Of a stretch of DNA of 64,000 bases, positions 55,801 to 64,000 are shown piece by piece. Position 1 is the first letter of the stretch. The number at the start of each line of letters is the position of its first letter. Below the pieces are notes generated by a model. The model was not told where the DNA came from. It saw nothing but the letters and a program-made list of their open reading frames with translations, and searched no databases. The position numbers and the translations under genes are program-made. The stretch is from a virus (taxonomy: Duplodnaviria; Caudoviricetes), in the IMG/VR virus record IMGVR_UViG_3300020352_000786, positions 1-64,000 of that record; one strand, 5' to 3'.

Positions 55801-58800
55801 ATCATGGCTTTTTCTGGTCCTGCATCAAAAATATAGTTAAAAGGACCTTGATCATTTTCAACAGATGTTCTCTTGTCGTAAGCTATCTGACCTAAAGTAT
55901 CTTTTCTGTGATATCCTGGAATATCATCTTTATGTAAAATTAATTCCCAAGTACACAAGCTATTATTTATATTATTTGATGTAGTTCTGTTCTGTAAAGT
56001 TTCTAGATTTGCAAGCATATTATTAGACAATAGATTATCCATAATATCTATTCTATAATCAAAATCATTCACCACACATACTGCAAGTTTAGCAGTTATT
56101 CCTCCAATCTTTTCTTTTGCAAACTTATCTAAATGAGTAAAAAACCCTCCTATATTATTGTTTTTTGTAGCATTAACCATATGCACATCACCCAAAGATT
56201 CAGTTTCTGCGCCTGAAGAATCAACAAATGCTGTTGGGTTCATTCTTTCTTCATTATTATAATCTGATAAATTTAGATGTGTGCGTTGCATTCCTGAACC
56301 ACTAAATGTTTCTCTAGTACTACCTACAACATTTTTATCATAAAAGTCAGAAAATCTGAAAATATAATTGGGATGATAGTTTTTTACATGTTCTTGATTA
56401 AGTAAACACACTTCTCCTGTAGTATGTAAATCTCTTAATGCATTGTAATAATCTTGTATTTTAGCATCAACATCGTCAGACGGAGCAGTAGACATAGTAT
56501 CAAAGGAATGTTCGTATTTGTCTCCATTCGCGTCATACATTTCTAGCGTAAAAATTAAATTTTGAGGATTTTGATAGTTTAGATGATTTAAATTTACTTC
56601 TACATGTTTAATCTCAGAATTTAAAGAGTCGTCTTCATAAAATTCATAACTTTCTAGCAGATCTCCGGTTTCAAAATCTTCGTCGTAACCAGAATAAGTA
56701 CTCTCTCCTATCAGATACATAGAAGGTCTGCCAGGTTCTACTCCATTATCTGTAGTGTTGTTTCCTTTATATCCGAGAGAACTTGTTTCGCGTCTCAGAT
56801 CAGTACTCTTATATGAATTGATATAGATACAGCTTCTATGAGAATGAAGATTGTCGCTGTTTGTAATATTATAAGGACGAAGATCAAAAAATCCTTTACC
56901 TTCTAATAAATGAGTCGAATATTTTTCTGTTCTATCTTCTAAAACATATGATTTATTATCTACAAAACTATCATCATCTGGATATACAAAGCCCTTAGCG
57001 GGATCAAACAACCCTTTACTTAGAGTAATTTCATTACCAGTGATAGGTAAAATCTCTCTATAACAAAAAATTCCTGTAGGATCAAATACGTTGTTTCTAG
57101 CCTCTAAAGATTCAAGTTTATCATGAGTATGATCTGGAATTCTTGTTGACCCTAAAATTTGTGTTAGTTGCTCTTCACTAAAACCTCCGTAACCGCTAAC
57201 TGGAACGACTGTACCTTCTTTATTTCCAAAGTAGTCTCTTTCATGACGAAATACATCATAAATCTCTCCGGGAATAGAGCTATAGTACGGATCTCCCTTA
57301 TCCCAATAAAATTCTGTATAATCAACACCCTCTTCTCCAAAAGGAGCACCTGCATAGTTTGGATTATTTGCTTGAGTTTTATAGGTTCTTATTTGCCCTT
57401 CCTCATAATATTTGTTGGCGCAATTGTAATATTCACCATATCTGATTTGGCGAATACCATCAATAATCTCATCGCTAGTTATGTCTCGACAATAAGCTGA
57501 GGTATATCTGTTATCATTTCTATAGAAATTAACTGTTCCGCCGAAGCTGAGCCCTCTTTTTTGATAAATTTGATCATTATAACTAGAAGTACAATAAGGA
57601 TTAGTCTCATCTCTTAAGTAAGATATATTTAAAGCAAATATTGATATGGTGGTATTCCCTGGCTTATAAGTTAGATCTAAATAAGTATTTTCTACAGATG
57701 TTTGCTGACTATTGTCAAAAACTTTTTTTTCTGTATCATTGTCTCTGATAAATAATCTAATATCTTTAGCTCTTAAACATTCGTCATTATCCCCTTCTAT
57801 AACACGAAAATCCTTAACTCTGATAAAATTTGAAGTATCTACTAGCCATACTAATCCAGATTTATCGAAAGCGAGGGTATTAGCAAAACCACAGTTCATT
57901 CTACGAAAATTAATAGGATTTGAAGAAACGTTTGCTGCAGGAAGCAAATGACTAGATGATTCTGAACTAATTATAGTTCGATCTACTTGAGAAAATAGAC
58001 CTATAGTTCTAGTTAGTTCTATCTCCCAGGTGCCCGTAGCTCTTATGCCCAAAGATGGGTCTGCTGCAGTGCTCGTTGCATAAGTGTTATGAGGATAAGA
58101 AAAATCAGCAAATGATAACCCTCCTGGACCTTTTCTCACTCTCCAATTATATCTAGTGTCTCTGTGGTCAAATCCAAAAACATCATTCTCCAACCAAACG
58201 TCGGGAAATATTACATTACGACTGCCAAGAGCTCGACCAAATGTAACAGCTATATTTGGAGTATAATATCCTCCGCCCAAATATAAAGTTTCTTCTGACA
58301 ATGCAGGCAGTTCATAATCAGCATAAAATAAAGTATGTTGAGCTACTTTATCTACTGATCCTGCTTGAAAAGCATTAATATAAGCCTGACTTTGAGTTGG
58401 ACTAAAATCTGTCTGATAACGCATATATTGCTCTGTATCATTGCCTAAATATATGCCGTAATTATTAAATAATAGCATCGATGCCTCAAGATCTGATGCT
58501 AGTTGGTCTTTCTTATCAGTGAGTGAGTTTTTTTGAGTATACATAGACGCAGGTACTCCTGCATCAGCTGCCAATAGACTCTCTATCTCAGCACTTATGC
58601 TGTCTAATGCCGACGTTGTTCCGTCTAAATTTTGTTGAATTTGGTTAGAATTCGTTTCGTCATAATATGTGGTAGCTATATTATTAAACATAAGATGTAT
58701 ACCATTAGAACCATCTACAGATGTTGATCTAGGATTCTGAGCTCCTTCTGGATCTACATAACGTAAAACAGTGTCCTCTCCAGGAACAAGTGTTAATTCT

Positions 58801-60086
58801 GGGGTGTACTTACTTATTATCTTATTAAATAAACCTTTTTTATTGGTAATATTATTTTCTAGAGCTATGTTCCCCGGAACTTGATCGTACACACTATCGT
58901 TAGTAATATTCATAATATTATAGATACATTTAAATACTTGTAGTTTTTCTTGTTCTGCGTCTCCACCTTGCAGATTATCTAGAAAATCTAAAACGGTAGT
59001 TTTAATACGACCATCACTAAGACTATTAACTGTAACTCTGTCTATTTGTGGTGCAGTGCTCATAAAATTGCACAACAGATTAAAAGCTCTAGCTTTATTC
59101 TCTGTCATAGTATGTCCTCTAGCGTAAGGATAAAGAGCATTAAAAATCTCTCTATATGTACCATGTAACGCAGGAGAAACATAGGAATAGCTAAATAAAC
59201 TAGAAGCCTGCGCTCTAGCCGCATCTACTGCATTATCATAAAAAGCAAAGCTTTCTCCATCAGATATATGGATAGCGTCTATAATTCCTTCACTCCCTAA
59301 GTCTACGTTAGGAGCAAAACCAGGACCAGCTCTAAATATTTGATAACTAATATCCCCAGAAGGACCCATATTATACAATTCCTCATCATCTGTAAAATTA
59401 AATTCTGGAGGATTATTTACGTCAAGACTTGAACCCAAAACAGATCTGTCTACAGATGTGTTTTTAGCGGTAAAAGTATCGGTTTTTACATATATCTCTT
59501 CTTCATTTTCAGAACCTATTGGACTGAATGTTGTTCCAACTGGCAGATATCTAAATTTAGCAATATATGTGCCTAAATTTTTGCGATACCAGCATAACGT
59601 ACCATATAGAGGAGAAAAATTATTATATTTATTAGTTAATTTCCAATCACTCACCATCAATCTGTCTACCTCAGATTCTCCATTAACATCAAATGTTTTC
59701 CAAAAATTAAATTTACCTACAAAAGTTATAAAATTATTTATGCCTAAAGAATCTTCTTTAAAATCTATTTGTTCGTGTATTGCTTTTTTACTTTGGTCAC
59801 TTTCTGATGTTGTAATAAAAGCAGGATACCAAACATTGTTTAGGATATCTATATCCTCACCCAGAGCTGTCGCAACATTAGTCTCTATAATGTCATTAAG
59901 TTTATCTATCCTTAAAGTAACATCATAACTAGTCTCTTCAGTAGATGGGCCTTCTCTAACAGGCTGATATATAATAGTTCCATTATTATCAGTAGTAGAC
60001 TCAGATTCAAAAGAATACTCTCGTAAATCATTAAATAATGAACTATTATACACACTGCAATCAGGATTTTGACTATATGTATACAT
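52842..60086 (-). CDS. Very large (2414 aa) acidic virion-type protein with PKD-like and proprotein-convertase P-domain-like segments
   Basis: YNWRVRKGPG..GTWEIELTRT (PKD-like); IKHVEVNLNHLN..LIFTL..VCLLN..FRFSD..TWELIL (P-domain-like); GDIVKLNNQ..ENDGYWLV tail-fibre-type motif. Confidence 0.7.
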   Translation of the reverse strand: MYTYSQNPDCSVYNSSLFNDLREYSFESESTTDNNGTIIYQPVREGPSTEETSYDVTLRIDKLNDIIETNVATALGEDIDILNNVWYPAFITTSESDQSKKAIHEQIDFKEDSLGINNFITFVGKFNFWKTFDVNGESEVDRLMVSDWKLTNKYNNFSPLYGTLCWYRKNLGTYIAKFRYLPVGTTFSPIGSENEEEIYVKTDTFTAKNTSVDRSVLGSSLDVNNPPEFNFTDDEELYNMGPSGDISYQIFRAGPGFAPNVDLGSEGIIDAIHISDGESFAFYDNAVDAARAQASSLFSYSYVSPALHGTYREIFNALYPYARGHTMTENKARAFNLLCNFMSTAPQIDRVTVNSLSDGRIKTTVLDFLDNLQGGDAEQEKLQVFKCIYNIMNITNDSVYDQVPGNIALENNITNKKGLFNKIISKYTPELTLVPGEDTVLRYVDPEGAQNPRSTSVDGSNGIHLMFNNIATTYYDETNSNQIQQNLDGTTSALDSISAEIESLLAADAGVPASMYTQKNSLTDKKDQLASDLEASMLLFNNYGIYLGNDTEQYMRYQTDFSPTQSQAYINAFQAGSVDKVAQHTLFYADYELPALSEETLYLGGGYYTPNIAVTFGRALGSRNVIFPDVWLENDVFGFDHRDTRYNWRVRKGPGGLSFADFSYPHNTYATSTAADPSLGIRATGTWEIELTRTIGLFSQVDRTIISSESSSHLLPAANVSSNPINFRRMNCGFANTLAFDKSGLVWLVDTSNFIRVKDFRVIEGDNDECLRAKDIRLFIRDNDTEKKVFDNSQQTSVENTYLDLTYKPGNTTISIFALNISYLRDETNPYCTSSYNDQIYQKRGLSFGGTVNFYRNDNRYTSAYCRDITSDEIIDGIRQIRYGEYYNCANKYYEEGQIRTYKTQANNPNYAGAPFGEEGVDYTEFYWDKGDPYYSSIPGEIYDVFRHERDYFGNKEGTVVPVSGYGGFSEEQLTQILGSTRIPDHTHDKLESLEARNNVFDPTGIFCYREILPITGNEITLSKGLFDPAKGFVYPDDDSFVDNKSYVLEDRTEKYSTHLLEGKGFFDLRPYNITNSDNLHSHRSCIYINSYKSTDLRRETSSLGYKGNNTTDNGVEPGRPSMYLIGESTYSGYDEDFETGDLLESYEFYEDDSLNSEIKHVEVNLNHLNYQNPQNLIFTLEMYDANGDKYEHSFDTMSTAPSDDVDAKIQDYYNALRDLHTTGEVCLLNQEHVKNYHPNYIFRFSDFYDKNVVGSTRETFSGSGMQRTHLNLSDYNNEERMNPTAFVDSSGAETESLGDVHMVNATKNNNIGGFFTHLDKFAKEKIGGITAKLAVCVVNDFDYRIDIMDNLLSNNMLANLETLQNRTTSNNINNSLCTWELILHKDDIPGYHRKDTLGQIAYDKRTSVENDQGPFNYIFDAGPEKAMIPNININAPYQYIQGVTDCRYLEEIAETMKPNYSIMPEFPSLLSTNLVRNASWGGLGIFGMAALGYAHIIGYFYAVPLLDRRSAINRSYFTPAYTYQGFGKSDRAVVCLSNNKSSWYATEVPIFKYQNTTEAYPQELIYVLSHKANRFAGIGRFSYSILNNYRQLDLINCKYVLETDMSDNDGYLIGEKLDYNYVYASTLDGSTHEKKINLFVGDIVKLNNQPILENDGYWLVQHDNWISFPSMNYVFMQNHKIDVSSDTDWYNGKFIIMDGSRAYYHFDVGKTVLLAKDISNTITSSNLISTNSGYKTILGFSNPVVGEGEMGYSADSSNRILVFNPKYQTSKQDLSSKTNSWVEDFNFIYKWPMEEHKKGLNTHTHDAVNTATPEGNIGYGTDVIRHGILHTEQKINKSFNIHDQANNKNNDDYKYFNFSLKHKAPSIEEETGNIATYEDGGYVLEEKTSDLTFSPDDSVGDKMRAYRYSIKDLGIYSGHGQSQQLDLLDSADGVDTITAKTLDDDYKSSYFVVQDLYGEDFIEIATDKIMNINQETFTNSESPGSFSLSDSGILNIYKDLNYNNKVVAFTETVYNNMKEHYEDIISNTEGVVTTFEEAKLSNNLTALRNYLDTLPQDDIECQTPEYYSSDNCPKVYIQQRIHNKENEANDIFHAMDIAYTGGLITPHITGVFDVNETNDSSISYGETDYYWIHIDPENGCRIADEVSVKIPTASELFALNEEAAPPFNTMLSTYSQITPAKKNLGIEGVIGQDFVAPAAEGGFIHSTDELGGNFRVDYTEIKQQQIKDAWLQVDPNLDFSDMNEIVLGTKEFDGFDQNKMVINYGNKRDGVLFCFRDFYERPTNMAGQGQYSKLKDVIDFSQPVYMKFRIMPPRKIRYHDQNYSSYQANEEGELQLNIKKNIYTAEGSRVYNDFYCWRCVDQDSQYTETPAFLKMLNEMIFRGFFGSTDGVEQTNQTVLECQEAWSWIPYDYK

Positions 60087-60093
60087 ATTAAAA

Positions 60094-63000
60094 TTATTCC
60101 TTGGTAGAAATTAAGGTCCACGATCCTACTGTATAAGTAAACATACCCACTCCTTGTACTGTGGATAGGCCTAATGGGTTGTCAAATATAACTGCCATCT
60201 TAGGAGCGCCATCTCCTTTTCTTTTTCCTTGTACATAACTCATAGTAATAGTCGCTGTATTACTACCTGGAGATATTGTTCCATAAACAATAAACTGCTG
60301 CTTGCTAATTGGCTCATAATATCCTGTATCTACATCGTATCTACAATATAATCTGGCTCCTCTTGGAGCCGTATAACCAGACCTGTCTCTGACGTAAACC
60401 AATTTCCTTTCATTATCTCCCAGTACCTGAGTAGAATAAGATACATCATCAAAAAATCCGCGAACAGGAAAAGTGTCGTCTAAATCAGGGTCTTTAATCA
60501 TATCTTCTTCTAGAGTAATATAAACATCTTTATAAGTCTTAGGAGTGGTCATACCCCAAACTTTTCTATTCTCATCCCATCTTAGATCAACTGGTCCAAC
60601 AGGCCATATGTCAGGACGTTCTGCCCAATTGAGATAGAATTGTTTTAATTTAACTTTATTAGTCCAACCATTATCTCCAAACGATTGTGTTTTACTGATT
60701 ATAGAACCTTGAAACTGATCTGGGGGAAAACCTCCGTTTACACTCATATCATCTTGATAATGCACTCTGAATACTTTTGTAGTTAAAGTTATATCTGATT
60801 GACCAGCACCTCCTTTGGACCAATCTGTATCGTTTTGTAGCGTTAAGTTTGCTAATTTTACCGTTTCTGTATTCTCATCACCAGCTTCATCATCATCAGA
60901 CTCTCCATTACTCCTAAGAAATGCTGTCCCCACAGCTAAAGAACTATACTCAACACTATCTGTACTAGGCAACCTTTCCCTTACAAATCTCATAGGTCTA
61001 CCAAGACTATCAATATCATAAGGCTCATCACATGCGTTTGGTACAGGATATCCTTCTGTATCATAACCCCATCCGTGTATCATTAAGGGTCCTCTCAAGC
61101 CTACAAATCTCATATTATGTTCTGGCTCTAACCCACTAATAGCAGAGTAGTCTGTCCCAGAAAATCTATCTATAAATCTACTATCTAAATAATCATAATC
61201 GTAGTTTCTAACTGTGGACTGACTAACACTTCCAGGCTGAGATAAGTGTGTCTTGCTTTGTAATCCTGCCCCCATAATATCTTTATATATTGAACCTTTA
61301 CCTACTATAGAAATACTATTTCTGCCCTTATCTACAAAACTTCTATTAATGTTACCCAGCTGCATCTGTCCATGCACTTCATCAGGATGCGATCCCTCAT
61401 AACTTTGAGCGTTTCCGTTCCTAAATTCATGTTGTGGCATTACTATAGGCTGTAATGTGCTAATATTAATAGGTATATTTAAAGACAATCCTAATCTTGC
61501 GGTTTTATCTTTAATCTGAGATTGATAAACCAGAGCATTATATTTTTTTAACTCTTCTAAAGAATTACCGGTAGCAGTAATAAAAGGAGGAAATAGCTGT
61601 CCTTGAGGAGTAGTTGTTGTCGTTAAACTGTAAGCAGAAGCATGTAATTTTTCATAAGGTTTGACACAACTATCACAATAATAGCTATCTACACCTTGTT
61701 CAGCATTTGCGTTTTCAGATTTATATCTCTTATATGAACGTGCAACTTTTTTATTACCTCTACAGATTGGGCATGAGCTTTGATCATATTTAGAGATGCT
61801 ATATGTGCTTTTTGCAAGAGTTGGGTAAAAAGATATAGGAGAAAATATACCATCTAAACTCATCACAGAAGAATTAGACCAACTGTCTCTCAGAGAGTCT
61901 CCCATTTCACTATCAGAATATATCTTAGTGTCAGTATTAACTCTATGTTCTAAATATAAAAACGGCATCTGAGATTCATCTGTCTGAGCGCTGAATCCAC
62001 CATCTAAATGCCCGCTACCTCCGGGGTCATTTGAATGTTTATATCGAACTTCAGTATCTTCCTGATCCAAACCTCCCAAAAGTCCTGGAGCAGAAAAACT
62101 TGAAAACATAGTGTTCTCATCTAGTCCACTAAACTTAGGTAAAAATTTATTTGCTGTACACACTATAGTTGTTACCGGACTTGTGCCAAAAGTCATATTG
62201 TTCTCAGGAACATTTCCTGCTGCTATCTGTCCTCTTCTGATTGCCTGATCATCTGTAAATCGATTATTTGATATAGCTCTTGAAAGATTAGAAATTTCTT
62301 TTTTTCTCAACATGTTTTGTTGAGACATCTTCTTGAATCTTTCTATGTCTTGTCTATCAAATAAACTTAATTTTCTGGTATATGTTCTAAAAGAATATTT
62401 TGTACTAATTCCGTTTTGACCCATACTCGTCATAATATTCGTTAGTATAGGAGCTTGAGTATAAGAATCGTGACGTATTCTATTTTTATTTTGGTCCATA
62501 ATAGATACATCTGCAACTGAATAGCTTATAGTTCCTTGTATATAATTAGGACTTTCTAACTCCATATACTGTTGTATTTTTGTTAAGGTAGGAGGTATAA
62601 AAGAAAAATTACTCTTAACTTCTGTGAAAATATATGTTTCTTTTCCTCCAACTGTTTTAATATATCCGTTTGTAGCATCTCTATCAAAAGAACCTCCCAA
62701 ATTAAATATAGGTGTGCCTGCGATATCTAGACTTCCAACTTCTATGTTGGTTTGATAGTTTGCGTTTCCGCTAACGTACTTTACTGCATTATCGTCTAAT
62801 CCTCTCATTCCTCCAAATTCCCACGGAGCAAAATCTGGAACTATTTCAAATTTAGTGTCTCCAATCCAGTTATCTATTAATTTATGTTTTTGATCATCTA
62901 AAGGTAAAGATAAAGGGAGCTGGCTACAGCTGCTATGATCTATATTGCTATTTGAGATATAAGTCTCTGTTCCTGTAGCAAATACGTCTCTAGTAGGAGA

Positions 63001-64000
63001 TAAAGCCGGATAATTAGTCCAAGGCCCATAGGAATAAATATTTGATTTAATTGGAATTCCAGCAAATAATGGATGTGCGCACTTAGGTGCTATCCTAATA
63101 TTTCCTGCTGTAGCATTAGTCGCAAGATTGGAATTGTGTTGTAGCTTGCCAAAGTGTTCAACGAAAGGCTGGAAAAATTCTTTTAACATTCTAATTCTAT
63201 CTGCACGACGACCACCAGCTCTAGTATATATAGCAAGATCTTCCATACCTACAGTTGCAAAAACCGTATTAGAAGGATCTGTTTGAAATTGTTCGCTACT
63301 ATTATTAAGTCTTAAAGCAACAGTTTCTACAATCATTTTAGGATCTAGCATCTTTTCTGGATCTAGAAAACTAAATTTAGGATTTACACTGCAGTTTATA
63401 TAAAGTTTTCTTTTTATTGATCCATGATTTATTCCGAAAGCATCAAATCCATCAACTTTAGGAGGAGGAGTAAATGGATTTGCAGCATCGATACTATTCT
63501 GCAAAGAGCTATTGGCCATACAGTCTACTATCACAAAACTACCAGCATTGCTAGATAAATCGCTCAATAATAAGTTCTCAAAATAAAATTTAATTGGTTC
63601 AAGACCTTCTCCTCTTTTAAGAGCCTGAGCATCATCCCAGGCGCTATAACTAAAATAAGGATGCAAATCATGAGCATCAGTAGTGCTGTCAGAGTTTGCA
63701 ACATTAGCAGCATTAAGAGCAGTAGCGTTTGCTAAAGCATATCTTTGATAATCAAAAGACTCTGTAGCATTGTATCCCAAAATAGGATTAATTTGACCTT
63801 TACTATTAGAAAGAACAGACCAATTTTCATCTCCGCATATAATATTATCATCAATTTGATTACCGTACTCTTCCCAAGCTCCATTGTCATTGCCACAAGG
63901 TTCATAGCTATGTCTAATTTCTCCACCACCTTTAAAAACATTAATAGTCCCAAGATCACTAGTTAAACTAAAGTCGTAAGGTGTTGTTTCTGTTCTGCTT
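60094..64000 (-). CDS. Large putative virion structural protein, 5' end outside the window
   Basis: The track start at 63780 is a TTG; the frame stays open to 64000 (..TETTPYDFSLTSDLGTINVFKGGGEIRHSYEPCGNDNGAWEEYGNQIDDNIICGDENWSVLSNSKGQINPILGYNAT..); C-terminal GLRGPLMIHGWGYD and WPVGPVDLRWDE motifs; CPIC..YYCDSC. Confidence 0.75.
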   Translation of the reverse strand, partial: SRTETTPYDFSLTSDLGTINVFKGGGEIRHSYEPCGNDNGAWEEYGNQIDDNIICGDENWSVLSNSKGQINPILGYNATESFDYQRYALANATALNAANVANSDSTTDAHDLHPYFSYSAWDDAQALKRGEGLEPIKFYFENLLLSDLSSNAGSFVIVDCMANSSLQNSIDAANPFTPPPKVDGFDAFGINHGSIKRKLYINCSVNPKFSFLDPEKMLDPKMIVETVALRLNNSSEQFQTDPSNTVFATVGMEDLAIYTRAGGRRADRIRMLKEFFQPFVEHFGKLQHNSNLATNATAGNIRIAPKCAHPLFAGIPIKSNIYSYGPWTNYPALSPTRDVFATGTETYISNSNIDHSSCSQLPLSLPLDDQKHKLIDNWIGDTKFEIVPDFAPWEFGGMRGLDDNAVKYVSGNANYQTNIEVGSLDIAGTPIFNLGGSFDRDATNGYIKTVGGKETYIFTEVKSNFSFIPPTLTKIQQYMELESPNYIQGTISYSVADVSIMDQNKNRIRHDSYTQAPILTNIMTSMGQNGISTKYSFRTYTRKLSLFDRQDIERFKKMSQQNMLRKKEISNLSRAISNNRFTDDQAIRRGQIAAGNVPENNMTFGTSPVTTIVCTANKFLPKFSGLDENTMFSSFSAPGLLGGLDQEDTEVRYKHSNDPGGSGHLDGGFSAQTDESQMPFLYLEHRVNTDTKIYSDSEMGDSLRDSWSNSSVMSLDGIFSPISFYPTLAKSTYSISKYDQSSCPICRGNKKVARSYKRYKSENANAEQGVDSYYCDSCVKPYEKLHASAYSLTTTTTPQGQLFPPFITATGNSLEELKKYNALVYQSQIKDKTARLGLSLNIPINISTLQPIVMPQHEFRNGNAQSYEGSHPDEVHGQMQLGNINRSFVDKGRNSISIVGKGSIYKDIMGAGLQSKTHLSQPGSVSQSTVRNYDYDYLDSRFIDRFSGTDYSAISGLEPEHNMRFVGLRGPLMIHGWGYDTEGYPVPNACDEPYDIDSLGRPMRFVRERLPSTDSVEYSSLAVGTAFLRSNGESDDDEAGDENTETVKLANLTLQNDTDWSKGGAGQSDITLTTKVFRVHYQDDMSVNGGFPPDQFQGSIISKTQSFGDNGWTNKVKLKQFYLNWAERPDIWPVGPVDLRWDENRKVWGMTTPKTYKDVYITLEEDMIKDPDLDDTFPVRGFFDDVSYSTQVLGDNERKLVYVRDRSGYTAPRGARLYCRYDVDTGYYEPISKQQFIVYGTISPGSNTATITMSYVQGKRKGDGAPKMAVIFDNPLGLSTVQGVGMFTYTVGSWTLISTKE

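Larger units (their letters stand above)
1..64000. other. Segment of a large (jumbo-type) bacteriophage genome
   Basis: Phage-style replication core (RecA, DnaB, DnaG, DnaE, SSB, dNMP kinase, NrdJ, PhoH), own sigma factor, very large virion-like proteins, many short hypotheticals, near-zero intergenic space, no rRNA, ribosomal-protein or core housekeeping operons. Confidence 0.88.

Noticed and set aside
63732-63966. Short ORFs at the right edge (75 aa on -, 73 aa on +)
   Set aside because: Overlap the open continuation of the 60094 frame, which explains the region
1-64000. tRNA genes, introns and alternative genetic code
   Set aside because: No gap holds a cloverleaf with T-loop consensus; conserved genes (nrdJ, recA, dnaB) are uninterrupted; standard-code ORFs tile the window and TAG/TGA end conserved genes at expected places

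Overview
Gene-dense, AT-rich 64 kb segment of a large (jumbo-type) dsDNA bacteriophage read in the standard genetic code. It has almost no intergenic space and frequent ATGA/TAATG start-stop overlaps. I found no tRNA, rRNA, CRISPR array, integrase, intein or intron. The + strand (1-52.8 kb) carries, in order: guaC and a GT4 glycosyltransferase; small phage-motif proteins and a PAP2 phosphatase; a sigma-70-family factor, a ClpP-like protease and a DeoC-fold protein lacking its catalytic lysines; a membrane-protein plus papain-protease cassette (lysis-like); an Ig-domain/Cys-rich adhesin-like cluster; a glycan module (RgpF-like, GDP-fucose synthase, multi-domain GT-like, sulfotransferase); nucleotide metabolism (dCMP deaminase, class II NrdJ, PhoH); a replication/recombination core (RecA, DnaB, DnaG, dNMP kinase, Cas4-like nuclease, a two-gene intein-less DnaE with a DEDDh exonuclease in between, SSB); and a second, largely degenerate glyco-enzyme cluster. 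The - strand (52.8-64 kb) holds two very large putative virion proteins, the second running off the window edge. The most unusual signals are Ig-like domains apparently completed across two consecutive gene boundaries, the split DnaE, several pseudo-enzymes, and a recurring intergenic GGTGTA promoter-like motif. All product calls come from motifs recognised by eye; no database search was run.
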